Shown here: one piece after another, positions 10,088 to 19,054 of the stretch
Position numbering within the stretch: position 1 is the first letter of the stretch
Layout: every line of letters begins with the position of its first letter
From: an uncultured Acidobacteriota bacterium
Lineage (GTDB): Bacteria; Acidobacteriota; Vicinamibacteria; Vicinamibacterales; SCN-69-37
NCBI GenBank assembly: GCA_963752045.1
Contig: CAVVWN010000002.1
Coordinates: forward strand, 31,498-95,497
Length of the DNA: 64,000 nucleotides
Reading direction: 5' to 3'
The notes under the pieces: generated by a model
What the model was told of the DNA's origin: nothing
The model's input: only the letters and a program-made list of their open reading frames with translations
Databases searched by the model: none
Program-made: the position numbers and the translations under genes

Positions 10088-10775
10088 CAGATTCTCCACT
10101 TCCATCCATTATGGCAGAAGCCCCCGGGGGCAGCCCCGGGTCGGCGCCCCGCCCTCGGCCGCCCCGGCGTCCCCGCCGCCGCTGCGGGAGCTCCTCGGCG
10201 ATGGCCGCCACGTCGGCGTCGAACGTGGCCGCGCCGGCGGTGACCGCCGCCTCATCAGACCACTCGTCAGGATTGAGACGCCGGGCACGTTCGGAGAGTC
10301 TGTCGCGGTCCTCGGGCGTGCGGGCCCGTCGCGCAATTCGTTGCAGGAGCTCCAAATAGCTGCGCCTGAGGCGAGCCGCCTCCGGGGCGCCGAGCGCGCT
10401 ACCGAGCATCGTCTGGTCGTCGACCTGGACGACTTCCGGCTCGCGCGGCCGACCCTTCGCTGGCGCCCCCGCACGGTCCGCCACGGACCCGGTGCCTCGA
10501 GCGCCGGCTCGACGCGGCTTCGGACGCGCTTCGGCGCGCGTCTCGATTCTGTCTCTCAAGAGGCCCGGCCAATCGAACGTGAGGTCCGGATGGGTGTGTT
10601 CGAGGGCCTCCACCACTTCCTCGTCGAGCGGACGTCGTCCAACCTGCAGATTCGAGGGCGAGCGAAACAGGTAGAGCACGCGACTCTGCTGTCCGCCCTG
10701 GGGCGTACGGTAGGCGTGCATCACAAGCGTGGTTTCGTACCCACGCTTGTCGCGGTTATAGCGGATGAATGGCAC
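9966..10775 (-). CDS. Conserved-looking hypothetical protein (Arg-rich); 3' end overlaps VWA gene
   Basis: PFIRYNRDKRGYETT...LYLFRSP..QVGRRPLDEEVVEALEHTHPDLTFDW; directly downstream of the 10779-11477 gene. Confidence 0.65.
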   Translation of the reverse strand: MPFIRYNRDKRGYETTLVMHAYRTPQGGQQSRVLYLFRSPSNLQVGRRPLDEEVVEALEHTHPDLTFDWPGLLRDRIETRAEARPKPRRAGARGTGSVADRAGAPAKGRPREPEVVQVDDQTMLGSALGAPEAARLRRSYLELLQRIARRARTPEDRDRLSERARRLNPDEWSDEAAVTAGAATFDADVAAIAEELPQRRRGRRGGRGRGADPGLPPGASAIMDGSGESDALESPQVAGTDRVPDAGGDGRRIGTDPDAPGTEPDDVSG

Positions 10776-10778
10776 CAA

Positions 10779-11477
10779 CTACCTCTTGCGAAGGGCCTTT
10801 CGCGCGCGCGGGGCGACCTTGGATGCGGCCTTGGCCGCCGGTTTTCCCGCGCCCTTGGTCTTCTTGCCAGCCGCCGCCTTGGTGACAGCCTTTGCAGGCT
10901 TGGCCGGCTTGCTGGCCGCGGCCTTGCGGACGCTTGCCTTCTGCCCCGCACCCTTCCGCGGCTTGGCAGCCGCGGGAGCCGCCTTGGCGGCGGCCGCTTT
11001 GCGGACGGGCGGTTTTCCGACCGACGTGGCGGCCACGGCTATCGACCCACCAGGAGCCTTCGGGTCGTGCACCATGCGGACGAGATCGAACCCTTCGTGG
11101 GTCGGCCTGTAGGTCCAGAGCTCGCTGATCTTGGCGCCGTGCGCCTGGCACAAGCGGCGCGCAACCTCAAAGGACTGCACCGGCACATACAGGTGGAACG
11201 GCACGCGGGCCTTCGCAAAATGAACCCACTGAGCCATCACCTCGAGGTTGTTCACAGACTCGCCGCTCTCGACCTCCACCAGGCCGACGAGCTTCTTCCC
11301 ATCAGTCAACACGACGTCTGGATAGAACGTGGCCGTGCCAAGCTTCACGGGGGCGGTCTGCTCGTCGCCAATGTTGACGGCAACTTCGCCCTTGCGCTTG
11401 TACTTGGCCTGCAGGAACCGAATCAGCCGGTCGTGTTCGAGCTGTTCGCGCACTGGGCGCACGAAGATGGGCGACAC
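10779..11477 (-). CDS. Hypothetical protein with PD-(D/E)xK-like N-domain and Lys/Ala/Pro-rich histone-H1-like tail
   Basis: GTG start after GGAGG; FYPDVVL...LVEVES motif; C-terminal KAAAAKAAPAAAKP...KPAKPAKA repeats. Confidence 0.75.
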   Translation of the reverse strand: MSPIFVRPVREQLEHDRLIRFLQAKYKRKGEVAVNIGDEQTAPVKLGTATFYPDVVLTDGKKLVGLVEVESGESVNNLEVMAQWVHFAKARVPFHLYVPVQSFEVARRLCQAHGAKISELWTYRPTHEGFDLVRMVHDPKAPGGSIAVAATSVGKPPVRKAAAAKAAPAAAKPRKGAGQKASVRKAAASKPAKPAKAVTKAAAGKKTKGAGKPAAKAASKVAPRARKALRKR

Positions 11478-11593
11478 GGAGCCTCCCGCGCTCTTAGGTC
11501 TTATGCCCGAACACACGAAAACCCCCCGTCGGGCAGGAAGATAAGGGGCGCGTGTATCCTAACACTTTCCGGCCAATGCCATAATCCTTTCAG

Positions 11594-11986
11594 GTGGCGA
11601 GGATCCTCATCGTCGACGATGACCCGGTGGTGAGCCTGACGTTGTCGCGCATGCTCGAATGGACCGGCCACGAGGCGGTTCTGGCCGAATCGGCCCGATC
11701 AGGCCTCGAACGAGTGGCCGAGGGCGCGCCGGACGCGATCATCCTCGACATGCGGATGCCCGGCATGAACGGCCTCGATTTTCTGAGGGAACTCAGAGCG
11801 TCCCCCGCGCATGGCGCCCTTCCGGTCGGCATCGTCACGGGAGACTACTTCATGAATGAGCACGTCCTGGCGGAGCTCGCGGCCCTTGGCGCTACCGTCC
11901 GCTACAAGCCGATCTGGGTGGAGGACCTGTCGGCGCTGCTCGAAGTCCTCCTTGGAGGGCGGCCGTCATCGGCCGCCGAGAAATGA
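11594..11986 (+). CDS. Single-domain response regulator (CheY-like)
   Basis: ILIVDDD, ILDMRMPGMNGL, IVTG, KP motifs. Confidence 0.9.
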   Translation: MARILIVDDDPVVSLTLSRMLEWTGHEAVLAESARSGLERVAEGAPDAIILDMRMPGMNGLDFLRELRASPAHGALPVGIVTGDYFMNEHVLAELAALGATVRYKPIWVEDLSALLEVLLGGRPSSAAEK

Positions 11987-12897
11987 TGAGCCGGCCGGTC
12001 CATATCCACGGTGTGCAGCTCGATCTGGGCGGCGGACGACGAGGCGTCGACATGGGCCCCTCGGCGGTCCGCATCGCGGGGCTTGGCGAACGCCTCGCGA
12101 GCCTCGGGTGCGTCGTCATCGACCGGGGCGACCTATCGGCGCCAATTCCGGAGACCCGCGTGGCCCGCGATCCGAAGAAGCGGTACATCCGCGAAATCGC
12201 CCGCGTCTGCCAGCGCCTGTACCAGCAGGTCTACCAGTCGCTCTCGTCGGGCGCGTTGCCGGTCGTGCTCGGCGGCGACCACTCACTCGCGGCCGGCTCG
12301 GTCGCCGCGTCCGCCGACTATGCCGCGGCCAGCAAGCGCGAGATCGGTCTGCTCTGGGTCGATGCGCACGGCGATATGAACACGCCGGAAACCACGCTGA
12401 GCGGCAACGTGCACGGAATGCCGCTCGCCGCTCTGCTCGGCCCCGAGCCGGCCGAACTGGCCCGGATCCGCCAGCGCGTGCCGCACGTCCGGCCCGACAA
12501 GACCGTACTCATCGGGTTGCGGGATGTCGATCGCCTCGAGCGGGAGCGCATCAAGTCGTCGGGCGTGCATGTCTTCACGATGAAGGACATCGACAAGCAC
12601 GGCATTGCCACGGTGATGAAGCGGGCGATCGCGCTTGCGGGCAAGGACACGATGGGCATCCACGTCTCGTTCGACGTCGACGTCTGCGATCCCTCGGTCG
12701 CCCCGGGCGTCGGCACGCCCGTGCGCGGCGGCCTCGACTACCGGGAGGCCCACATGGTCATGGAGATGGTTGCCGACTCCGGCCGGTTGCTGGCGCTCGA
12801 CCTGGTCGAGGTCAATCCCATCCTCGACATCCAGAATCAAACGGCGATTCTCGGTGCCGGCCTGATCGCGTCGGCGACCGGCATGCGGATTCTGTAG
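11983..12897 (+). CDS. rocF: Arginase
   Basis: [53 protein letters not shown]. Confidence 0.95.
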   Translation: MMSRPVHIHGVQLDLGGGRRGVDMGPSAVRIAGLGERLASLGCVVIDRGDLSAPIPETRVARDPKKRYIREIARVCQRLYQQVYQSLSSGALPVVLGGDHSLAAGSVAASADYAAASKREIGLLWVDAHGDMNTPETTLSGNVHGMPLAALLGPEPAELARIRQRVPHVRPDKTVLIGLRDVDRLERERIKSSGVHVFTMKDIDKHGIATVMKRAIALAGKDTMGIHVSFDVDVCDPSVAPGVGTPVRGGLDYREAHMVMEMVADSGRLLALDLVEVNPILDIQNQTAILGAGLIASATGMRIL

Positions 12898-12948
12898 AGC
12901 GGTTTCGATTTCGGTCTAGTGGCGCGGGGTGGGCGTCAGGTCGAAATG

Positions 12949-13023
12949 TGGTGGGCCGCGGAGGAATCGAACCTCCGACCCTCTGGTTAAAAGCCAGGTG
13001 CTCTACCCCTGAGCTAGCGGCCC
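12949..13023 (-). tRNA. tRNA-Lys (anticodon UUU)
   Basis: GGGCCGCTAGCTCAGGGGTAGAGCACCTGGCTTTTAACCAGAGGGTCGGAGGTTCGATTCCTCCGCGGCCCACCA; cloverleaf, TTC loop, encoded CCA. Confidence 0.96.
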
Positions 13024-13065
13024 ACTGGGTCCGACATCGGTACTACACGGCCGAGAGTTCCTGGC

Positions 13066-14205
13066 CTATCGCTGGCGGAGTGTGTCGAAGCACGTCCCGG
13101 CGCGAGCGAGGCCTTCGGCGAAGATGTCGGGCCGCTGGCCGATGCCGAGCCGCAGATGGTGCTCGTAGCCGAACGCCGATCCGGGGGCCAGCATGACGCT
13201 GTACTCTTCCGCCAGTCGATCGGCCAGCTCGAGCGACGCGATGGGCAGATCGTATTTGATGAGGGCGAGCAGACCGCCGCGCGGCGGCGTCCACGAGAGA
13301 AAGTCCGCGCGCGCGGCCATCCAGCGCGCGGCTTCCGCCAGATTCGCACGGACGATCCCGAAGTTCCGCTCGATGATGCGTTCGCGGTGCTTCATGCCCA
13401 GACGGGCGAGTGCGTCGTTGAGCTTGCCCGGGCTGAGCGTGATGTAGTCGCGCATGCCCCAACAGGTCTGAATCAGGTCCGGCGGCCCCATGATCCAGCC
13501 GATCCGCAGCCCGGGGAGACCGAGCGGTTTCGAGAGCGTGCCCACGCTGACGCCGGCCGGTCCCTGGTCGAACATCGGCGGCGCAAACGGGTCTCCATCC
13601 GGCACCGCCAGCCACCGGTAGGCCTCGTCGCCGATGACGTACGCGCCGACCGACCGCGCCAGCTCGTACACGCGGCGGGCAGCCTCCGGCGAGAGCATCG
13701 CGCCCGTCGGATTGTGCGGCGTGTTCACGACGATCACGCGCGTGTTGGGCCGCACCAGCTTCTCGAGCGCATCGACGTCGTAGCGATAGCCGGTCTCCGG
13801 ACCCACTCGCCACAGCGAGACCTCACTTCCAATCGCTTCCGGCACGCTGTAGAGCTGCTGGTAGGCCGGGTACGGGACGATGGCGTGGTCGCCCTTCTCC
13901 AGCAGCACGTTGAACAACAGGAAGTTCGCCTCGATCGCGCCCGTCGTCACCAGGACGTGGTCGGCGTCTCCGTGCGAGTAAGTGGCCGCGATCTGGCTCC
14001 GAAGCTCCTCGGTCCCCCGCGCTTCGCTGTAGCCGAGCGGCGTGGCGAGGATTCGCTCGAGCGTCGCCGCCCGTTCCCCCACAGGCTCGAAGTCGAGCAG
14101 GTCGTTGGTCGTGAGCGGCAGGATCCCGCTTTCGGCGATGTCGTACTGGCAGTGCGTCTCGTGACGCGACATCCAGCGCTCGAGCAGAAAGGTGTCTATC
14201 TTCAC
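13066..14205 (-). CDS. PLP-dependent aminotransferase class I/II
   Basis: VTTGAIEA, NTPHNPTG, GDEAY, LSKPLGLPGLRIGW. Confidence 0.9.
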   Translation of the reverse strand: MKIDTFLLERWMSRHETHCQYDIAESGILPLTTNDLLDFEPVGERAATLERILATPLGYSEARGTEELRSQIAATYSHGDADHVLVTTGAIEANFLLFNVLLEKGDHAIVPYPAYQQLYSVPEAIGSEVSLWRVGPETGYRYDVDALEKLVRPNTRVIVVNTPHNPTGAMLSPEAARRVYELARSVGAYVIGDEAYRWLAVPDGDPFAPPMFDQGPAGVSVGTLSKPLGLPGLRIGWIMGPPDLIQTCWGMRDYITLSPGKLNDALARLGMKHRERIIERNFGIVRANLAEAARWMAARADFLSWTPPRGGLLALIKYDLPIASLELADRLAEEYSVMLAPGSAFGYEHHLRLGIGQRPDIFAEGLARAGTCFDTLRQR

Positions 14206-14273
14206 GCCGAGATTCTATAGCGGCTTGGGGCTCCCGCTGACGCCCGGACCAGGCCCGCGCCGGCCGAGGCGCA

Positions 14274-15509
14274 TCAGGTCTCGGAACGCAGCGCGTCAAT
14301 CGGGTCGAGCGACGACGCCCGGTGCGCCGGGTAGTACCCGAACACGAGGCTGGCGCCGACGGCGGTCACGACCGCCGCCATCACGGCGTCCCCGGAGATC
14401 ACCATCACCCAGCCGAGTTGCTGCATGATGAGCGCCGACCCGCCCCACCCCATGGCGACGCCGAGCGTGCCGCCGATCACGCCGAGCATGGCGGCCTCGG
14501 TGAGGAACTGGAACCGGATGTCGCCCATGCGCGCGCCGACCGCGAGCCGCAGTCCGATCTCGTGCGTCCGTTCGGTGACCGACACCAGCATGATGTTCAT
14601 GATGCCGACGCCGCCGACCACCAGGGACACGGACGCGATGGCGATGAGCATCCACGCCATCGTCTCGGTCGCCTCGGCGCGCAGCGTGATCCAGTCTTCC
14701 GGGCGCCGGATGCCAAAGTCGTCGTCCTCGCCCTCCTCGATGCCGTGGCGAATTCGCAGGAGCGCCGAGGCCTGGAATTCGGCACGGTCCATGAGGTCGG
14801 GGTCCGTCACCGAACAGTAAATGTCGTCGATCCACTCCCGGTTGTAGAGGTAGCGCTGGGCGGTCGTGTAGGGCAGGAACATGACGTCATCGCGATCGAC
14901 GCCCCCGCTCGAGGTGCCCTTCGCCTCGAGCACGCCGAGCACCTGAAACGGCATGCGCCCCACGCGCATCGTCGCCCCCACCGGATTCGTCTCTCCGAAC
15001 AGGCGCTCTGCCGCCACCTGACCGAGCACCGCGACGCGAGTCTCGCGGGTGATGTCGAAATCGGTGAAGAAGGTCCCGGCCAATAGCTTCCAGTTGCGAA
15101 TCTGGAACATCTCCGGCGAGACGCCCACATAGCGCGTGTTCCAGTTCTGATTCCCGACGATGATCTGCTCGCGACCGTCGAGCTGGGGCGAGCACATGGC
15201 GATTTCCGGAACCTGGGTGACGATCGCAAACGCGTCCTCAGGTCGAAGCGTGCGAGCCCCGCCCCAGCCGGTGCGGACTCCCGCCGCGTTGTAGCTGCCA
15301 GCCTCGATCCAGATGAAGTTGTCGCCGAGGTTGTCGAGCTGCCGTTCGACCTCGCTGGCGCTGCCTGCTCCGAGCGCAACGGTGCAGATCACGGCGGCGA
15401 TCCCGATGCTGATCCCGAGCGTGGTGAGCAGGGTGCGCATGCGATGGCGCAGGAGCGAGTCGATCGACGTCTTGAGCGTGCGAGAGAACACTGACGAACA
15501 CCTCCCCAT
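14274..15509 (-). CDS. ABC transporter permease (MacB/FtsX family)
   Basis: RTLLTTLGISIGIAAVI; SLVVGGVGIMNIMLVSVTERTHEIGLRLAVGA; YPAHRASSLDPIDALRSE; start uncertain. Confidence 0.9.
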   Translation of the reverse strand: MGRCSSVFSRTLKTSIDSLLRHRMRTLLTTLGISIGIAAVICTVALGAGSASEVERQLDNLGDNFIWIEAGSYNAAGVRTGWGGARTLRPEDAFAIVTQVPEIAMCSPQLDGREQIIVGNQNWNTRYVGVSPEMFQIRNWKLLAGTFFTDFDITRETRVAVLGQVAAERLFGETNPVGATMRVGRMPFQVLGVLEAKGTSSGGVDRDDVMFLPYTTAQRYLYNREWIDDIYCSVTDPDLMDRAEFQASALLRIRHGIEEGEDDDFGIRRPEDWITLRAEATETMAWMLIAIASVSLVVGGVGIMNIMLVSVTERTHEIGLRLAVGARMGDIRFQFLTEAAMLGVIGGTLGVAMGWGGSALIMQQLGWVMVISGDAVMAAVVTAVGASLVFGYYPAHRASSLDPIDALRSET

Positions 15510-15564
15510 CTGGCATACTCCAGATGGGTATATGGTGTTTACGGCGGCGCACCCTTCGCCTCAG

Positions 15565-17049
15565 TCATGGCCCCTCGCGTGAGGCGCACAGGAACCACTG
15601 CCCCATCGGCCGCCCCCCCGCGCACGGCCTGTCGCTGATGAGGGGCGCCGACGTCCCTGCCTCGTCAGCCAGCCGCTGATACTCGGAGATGCGGACGAAG
15701 TCGGTCGAGGCCACGCGCACGCGCTCTCCGGTGAGGAACGTCAACTCGTAGGCGACCCAGTACCCGGCCCTCGCCACCGGAACGCCGGCCTCGACGAGGG
15801 CTTCGGCGGCCTCCCCCATCTCGTTCGGCACGCGTCCGCCCACGAACGCCCCGACGTAACGCGCGTGGTCGACGATCGATCCGGCCGCCCAGATGCACAC
15901 GACGACGACCGCCAGCCGTCGCACCCTGACGTCGGGCTCGAGCGCCATCCACAACGCCGACAGGCCGACCGGCACGAGCAGCGCAAGCAGGAAGTATCGC
16001 GGCACGGATGCGTCGACGGGCCGCGAAGCCACGTAGACCAGACCGGACAGCAGGCCCGTGCCCAGCAGGTACCAGGCGAACCCGACCTGTCGCGCCGCGA
16101 CCCTTCCGCGCCCGGAGAAGGCGAGTTGCCCGACGCGCAGAGCGGCCGCGAGTCCCGCCGCACCGGAGAGCCAGCCGATCCAGGCACGCCCCTGCGTGCT
16201 CACGCCGCCGTCGACGCTGACTCCGCCCAGCATCGACGAGAAGTCGCGGCTGACCCACGTCCATGCTCGAGCGGGCAACTCGGCCGGCGCGAAGGCCATC
16301 CGGCCCGTGAGATTGGCCAGCTGCGAGCCCGCATATCCGCCCACAAGATCGCCGCGGGTTCCCGGCCCCAGGAGGTCCGCGACCGGCAGCAGCGCCTGGA
16401 CGACCTCACGCACGAGCACGAATGCCACGGCGACGGTGAGCCACCTGGCGGCAAAGGCGCTCCACGTCTCCCTGCGCCACGCTAGTTCGAGGACGAGCAG
16501 CACGGGTACGGCATAGAACGTGAACTCGCGATTGAGCACGCCCACGGCCAGCACGACGCCGAACGCCCACGCCCGGTGCCGCAACCACCACAGCAGAACC
16601 ATGTAGAGAAACGGCTCGATGTTCCCGCCCTGCGCCTCGACGAGCTGAGCCGCGGTGAACGGCGGCGCGAGAGTGAAAAACGCGGTGGCCGCAAGCGCGA
16701 GCAGGGGCCGAAGCCCGCAAGCCCGGTAGAGGAACCCGATCATCAGCCAGCTGACAACCAGATTGGTAAGGATGAGCGAGGCGCGTAGCGAGGCCACCGA
16801 CGACCCGAATGCCAGGATCCACGGAGAGGCCAGCCACGCCTCCACGCCGAGCATGTAGGTCTGGCCGTAGAAAAACAACGGGAAGGCACGCCCCTGCGCC
16901 AGATGCGTGGCCATCAGGCCGACGATGGCCTGGTCCGAATCGAAGTAGGCGTGCTCGTAAACGGCAAAGACGAGGCTCCGGCCGATGACGAAGAGCGAGG
17001 CCAGCGTGATCGCCGTCCACCATTCGCTCGAGCCTCGTCCGGCCGGCAT
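15565..17049 (-). CDS. Polytopic membrane protein, probable GT-C glycosyltransferase (ArnT/PMT-like)
   Basis: FDSDQAIVGLMA..P LFFYGQTYMLG motif in the first loop; many TM segments; GYWVAYELTFL. Confidence 0.7.
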   Translation of the reverse strand: MPAGRGSSEWWTAITLASLFVIGRSLVFAVYEHAYFDSDQAIVGLMATHLAQGRAFPLFFYGQTYMLGVEAWLASPWILAFGSSVASLRASLILTNLVVSWLMIGFLYRACGLRPLLALAATAFFTLAPPFTAAQLVEAQGGNIEPFLYMVLLWWLRHRAWAFGVVLAVGVLNREFTFYAVPVLLVLELAWRRETWSAFAARWLTVAVAFVLVREVVQALLPVADLLGPGTRGDLVGGYAGSQLANLTGRMAFAPAELPARAWTWVSRDFSSMLGGVSVDGGVSTQGRAWIGWLSGAAGLAAALRVGQLAFSGRGRVAARQVGFAWYLLGTGLLSGLVYVASRPVDASVPRYFLLALLVPVGLSALWMALEPDVRVRRLAVVVVCIWAAGSIVDHARYVGAFVGGRVPNEMGEAAEALVEAGVPVARAGYWVAYELTFLTGERVRVASTDFVRISEYQRLADEAGTSAPLISDRPCAGGRPMGQWFLCASREGP

Positions 17050-17076
17050 CGGCGGGCATGCTAGCATGCCCGCCGA
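17049..17076. promoter_or_regulatory. Perfect 28-bp palindrome between divergent genes; TAGCAT -10-like box on both strands
   Basis: TCGGCGGGCATGCTAGCATGCCCGCCGA is its own reverse complement. Confidence 0.6.
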
Positions 17077-18877
17077 CTCGATGCCTGACGCGCAGCGGTC
17101 GCAATTGAACGCTTCGGGTGGCTCCTGGCTGCTCGCTCTGCTGGCCCCGGCGCTCGCCCTGAGTGCGGCCACACGCCCAGCGCTCCTGTCCGATCCGTCC
17201 GGCTGCCCCGGCCTCGTCGACTGGCTCCTCATCGTCGTCCTGCGTAGCGTCCCGACGATGGCGATCGGCAGCCTGCTGTGGTGGACGCACGCCGCGATGG
17301 TGCTCGCGGCAACGACCGGGTTCTGGATACTGGTTCGCCGTCAAGGGGCCCATCCCCTCGTAGCCGCCGGACTCGCCGCTGGCTTCGCGTTCACACTTCC
17401 ATTTGCCTTTGCCCTGACTCCGACGCCCGTCGGCGCGTACGCCGCGGCCACGCTCGTGCTGTGCTGCATCAGGCCGCATGCGCCTCCGGCATGGTCATCA
17501 GCCAGCCTCCTGTCGACGATGGGCCTCGCGCTGTTTGCGCTGATGGCGCCGGCGATGGCATTACCCGCCGGAGTTGCGGCTGGGCTGCTTGTCTGGATCG
17601 ACCGCCGGGGCACCGGAGTCACGAGGCGAGCGGCCGCGGCCATCGCCGCGGCGATGGCAACCGTCATCGCGCCGTCGCTGCTGATGGCTGCCGTGCCGGG
17701 GCCGCCTCCCCTCGTCGAAGCGACGGTCCCGGTCTTGGGCTGTGTTCCCGCGTTGCTCACGGGCGGGGCCACGGCGTTCGGCGACGGCTACCGGCTCGTG
17801 CTGGACTCGACCGGCCCGCTTGTCCTGACGCTCGCGCTCTTCGGGGCCTTCGCAGACCGGACGCGCGCCGGAGACCCGCGCGTCTGGGTGATTGCGGCGC
17901 TCGCAGCCGTCTCACTGCTCATCTCGTCGGAAGGGGATTCCGGGGCCGCCGCGCCGGCGCTCGTCTCCGCCTGGGTTCTCGCGGCGGCCGGCGTCGGCGC
18001 CCTTGCCCGTGCCTCGCTCGCGCGGGGAGCGCGGCCGGTGGCGGCCTGGACACTCGGCCTCGCCATTCCGCTCCTCACCTGGGCGGCGACGAGCCGGCAG
18101 CCGGTCGATCCCGACGAGACACCGCTCGGGCACGAATCGCTCTCGCGAACGTCCTTCGCGCGGCTGCTCGGGACGCTCCCGGACAAGTCGGCCCTCGTCG
18201 AGGAGGACGCGGTTTCCGAGCTTCTGCTGCGGAGCCTCGACGGCTGGTGGCAGGCCACGGGAAAGGACCTCGCGCTCGTGCCCCGCGATGCCGACGCGAT
18301 TCGGGCCGCGCTTCGCACGCGCGGCGTGTACGCGTTGCCGCGTGCACAGCGGTCCCTCCAGCATCGCGGTGTTCGGCTCAGTGACGGCGGTCTGCTGGCG
18401 AACGGAGCGGCCACGGTGCTGTCGAGCACGCCGTGCGCGGCGCTGGCTGGTTCGTGGATGGCGCTGCCGGACGCCGACGGCCTGCGGGGTTTTGCGGTCG
18501 TCGCCGGCGCGAAGCCCGCCCGCGGTCCCTTCCTGATCTATGCCGGTGGCCATGCGGCACTCGATCCAGCGCCGGCCGACTGGCCGCCGAGAACCCGCCG
18601 CGGATTCTTCGCCGAGGGCTTCACGACGGCAACCGAAGACGAGCGCGCGCGACTCGGCGAGGCTCTGGCGCGCGACGGTGCGCCGGCAGACCGTCCCGTC
18701 ATGGAATCGCCGTTCGTGGTCCGACTGGAACTCTGGCGCACGCCGGATGCGCCGCTCGCGCTCGCGGTCGCCGTGAGCTCGCCCGTTTCGTACGTACTCG
18801 CCAGAACTGTCGGCGGGCCGGTCGCACCTCGCACGCGCCTCTGCGCGTCGTTTCCCTTCGACGTCGGCCGCTTCTGA
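17066..18877 (+). CDS. Hypothetical polytopic membrane protein with soluble C-terminal domain
   Basis: About 600-aa ORF with multiple hydrophobic helices; start 17066 or 17081. Confidence 0.6.
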   Translation: MPADSMPDAQRSQLNASGGSWLLALLAPALALSAATRPALLSDPSGCPGLVDWLLIVVLRSVPTMAIGSLLWWTHAAMVLAATTGFWILVRRQGAHPLVAAGLAAGFAFTLPFAFALTPTPVGAYAAATLVLCCIRPHAPPAWSSASLLSTMGLALFALMAPAMALPAGVAAGLLVWIDRRGTGVTRRAAAAIAAAMATVIAPSLLMAAVPGPPPLVEATVPVLGCVPALLTGGATAFGDGYRLVLDSTGPLVLTLALFGAFADRTRAGDPRVWVIAALAAVSLLISSEGDSGAAAPALVSAWVLAAAGVGALARASLARGARPVAAWTLGLAIPLLTWAATSRQPVDPDETPLGHESLSRTSFARLLGTLPDKSALVEEDAVSELLLRSLDGWWQATGKDLALVPRDADAIRAALRTRGVYALPRAQRSLQHRGVRLSDGGLLANGAATVLSSTPCAALAGSWMALPDADGLRGFAVVAGAKPARGPFLIYAGGHAALDPAPADWPPRTRRGFFAEGFTTATEDERARLGEALARDGAPADRPVMESPFVVRLELWRTPDAPLALAVAVSSPVSYVLARTVGGPVAPRTRLCASFPFDVGRF

Positions 18878-18897
18878 AGCGGTTTGCAGCCTCCAAC

Positions 18898-18953
18898 GTA
18901 ACCACCGGGTAACGAACGGGGTCTCGCGCGCGGTCTTTTAACCGACCGTTAAC
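18898..18953 (+). promoter_or_regulatory. 11-bp-period direct repeats (Pho-box/OmpR-family-like) upstream of TonB-dependent receptor
   Basis: GTAAC at 18898 and 18909; TTAAC at 18938 and 18949; -10-like TAGCAT at 18986-18991. Confidence 0.5.
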
Positions 18954-19054
18954 ACCGGCTTTGTACCGGGATCATCCCCGCCTCCTAGCATCAGGCCCGG
19001 GATGCTTGCGGAGTGATTCCGCGCGTCGTTCGTACCCTTCGGAGGTTTCATCAC

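Noticed and set aside
12898-13023. tRNA-Lys as an integration site
   Set aside because: I found no duplicate of its 3' end and no integrase; flanking genes are ordinary.
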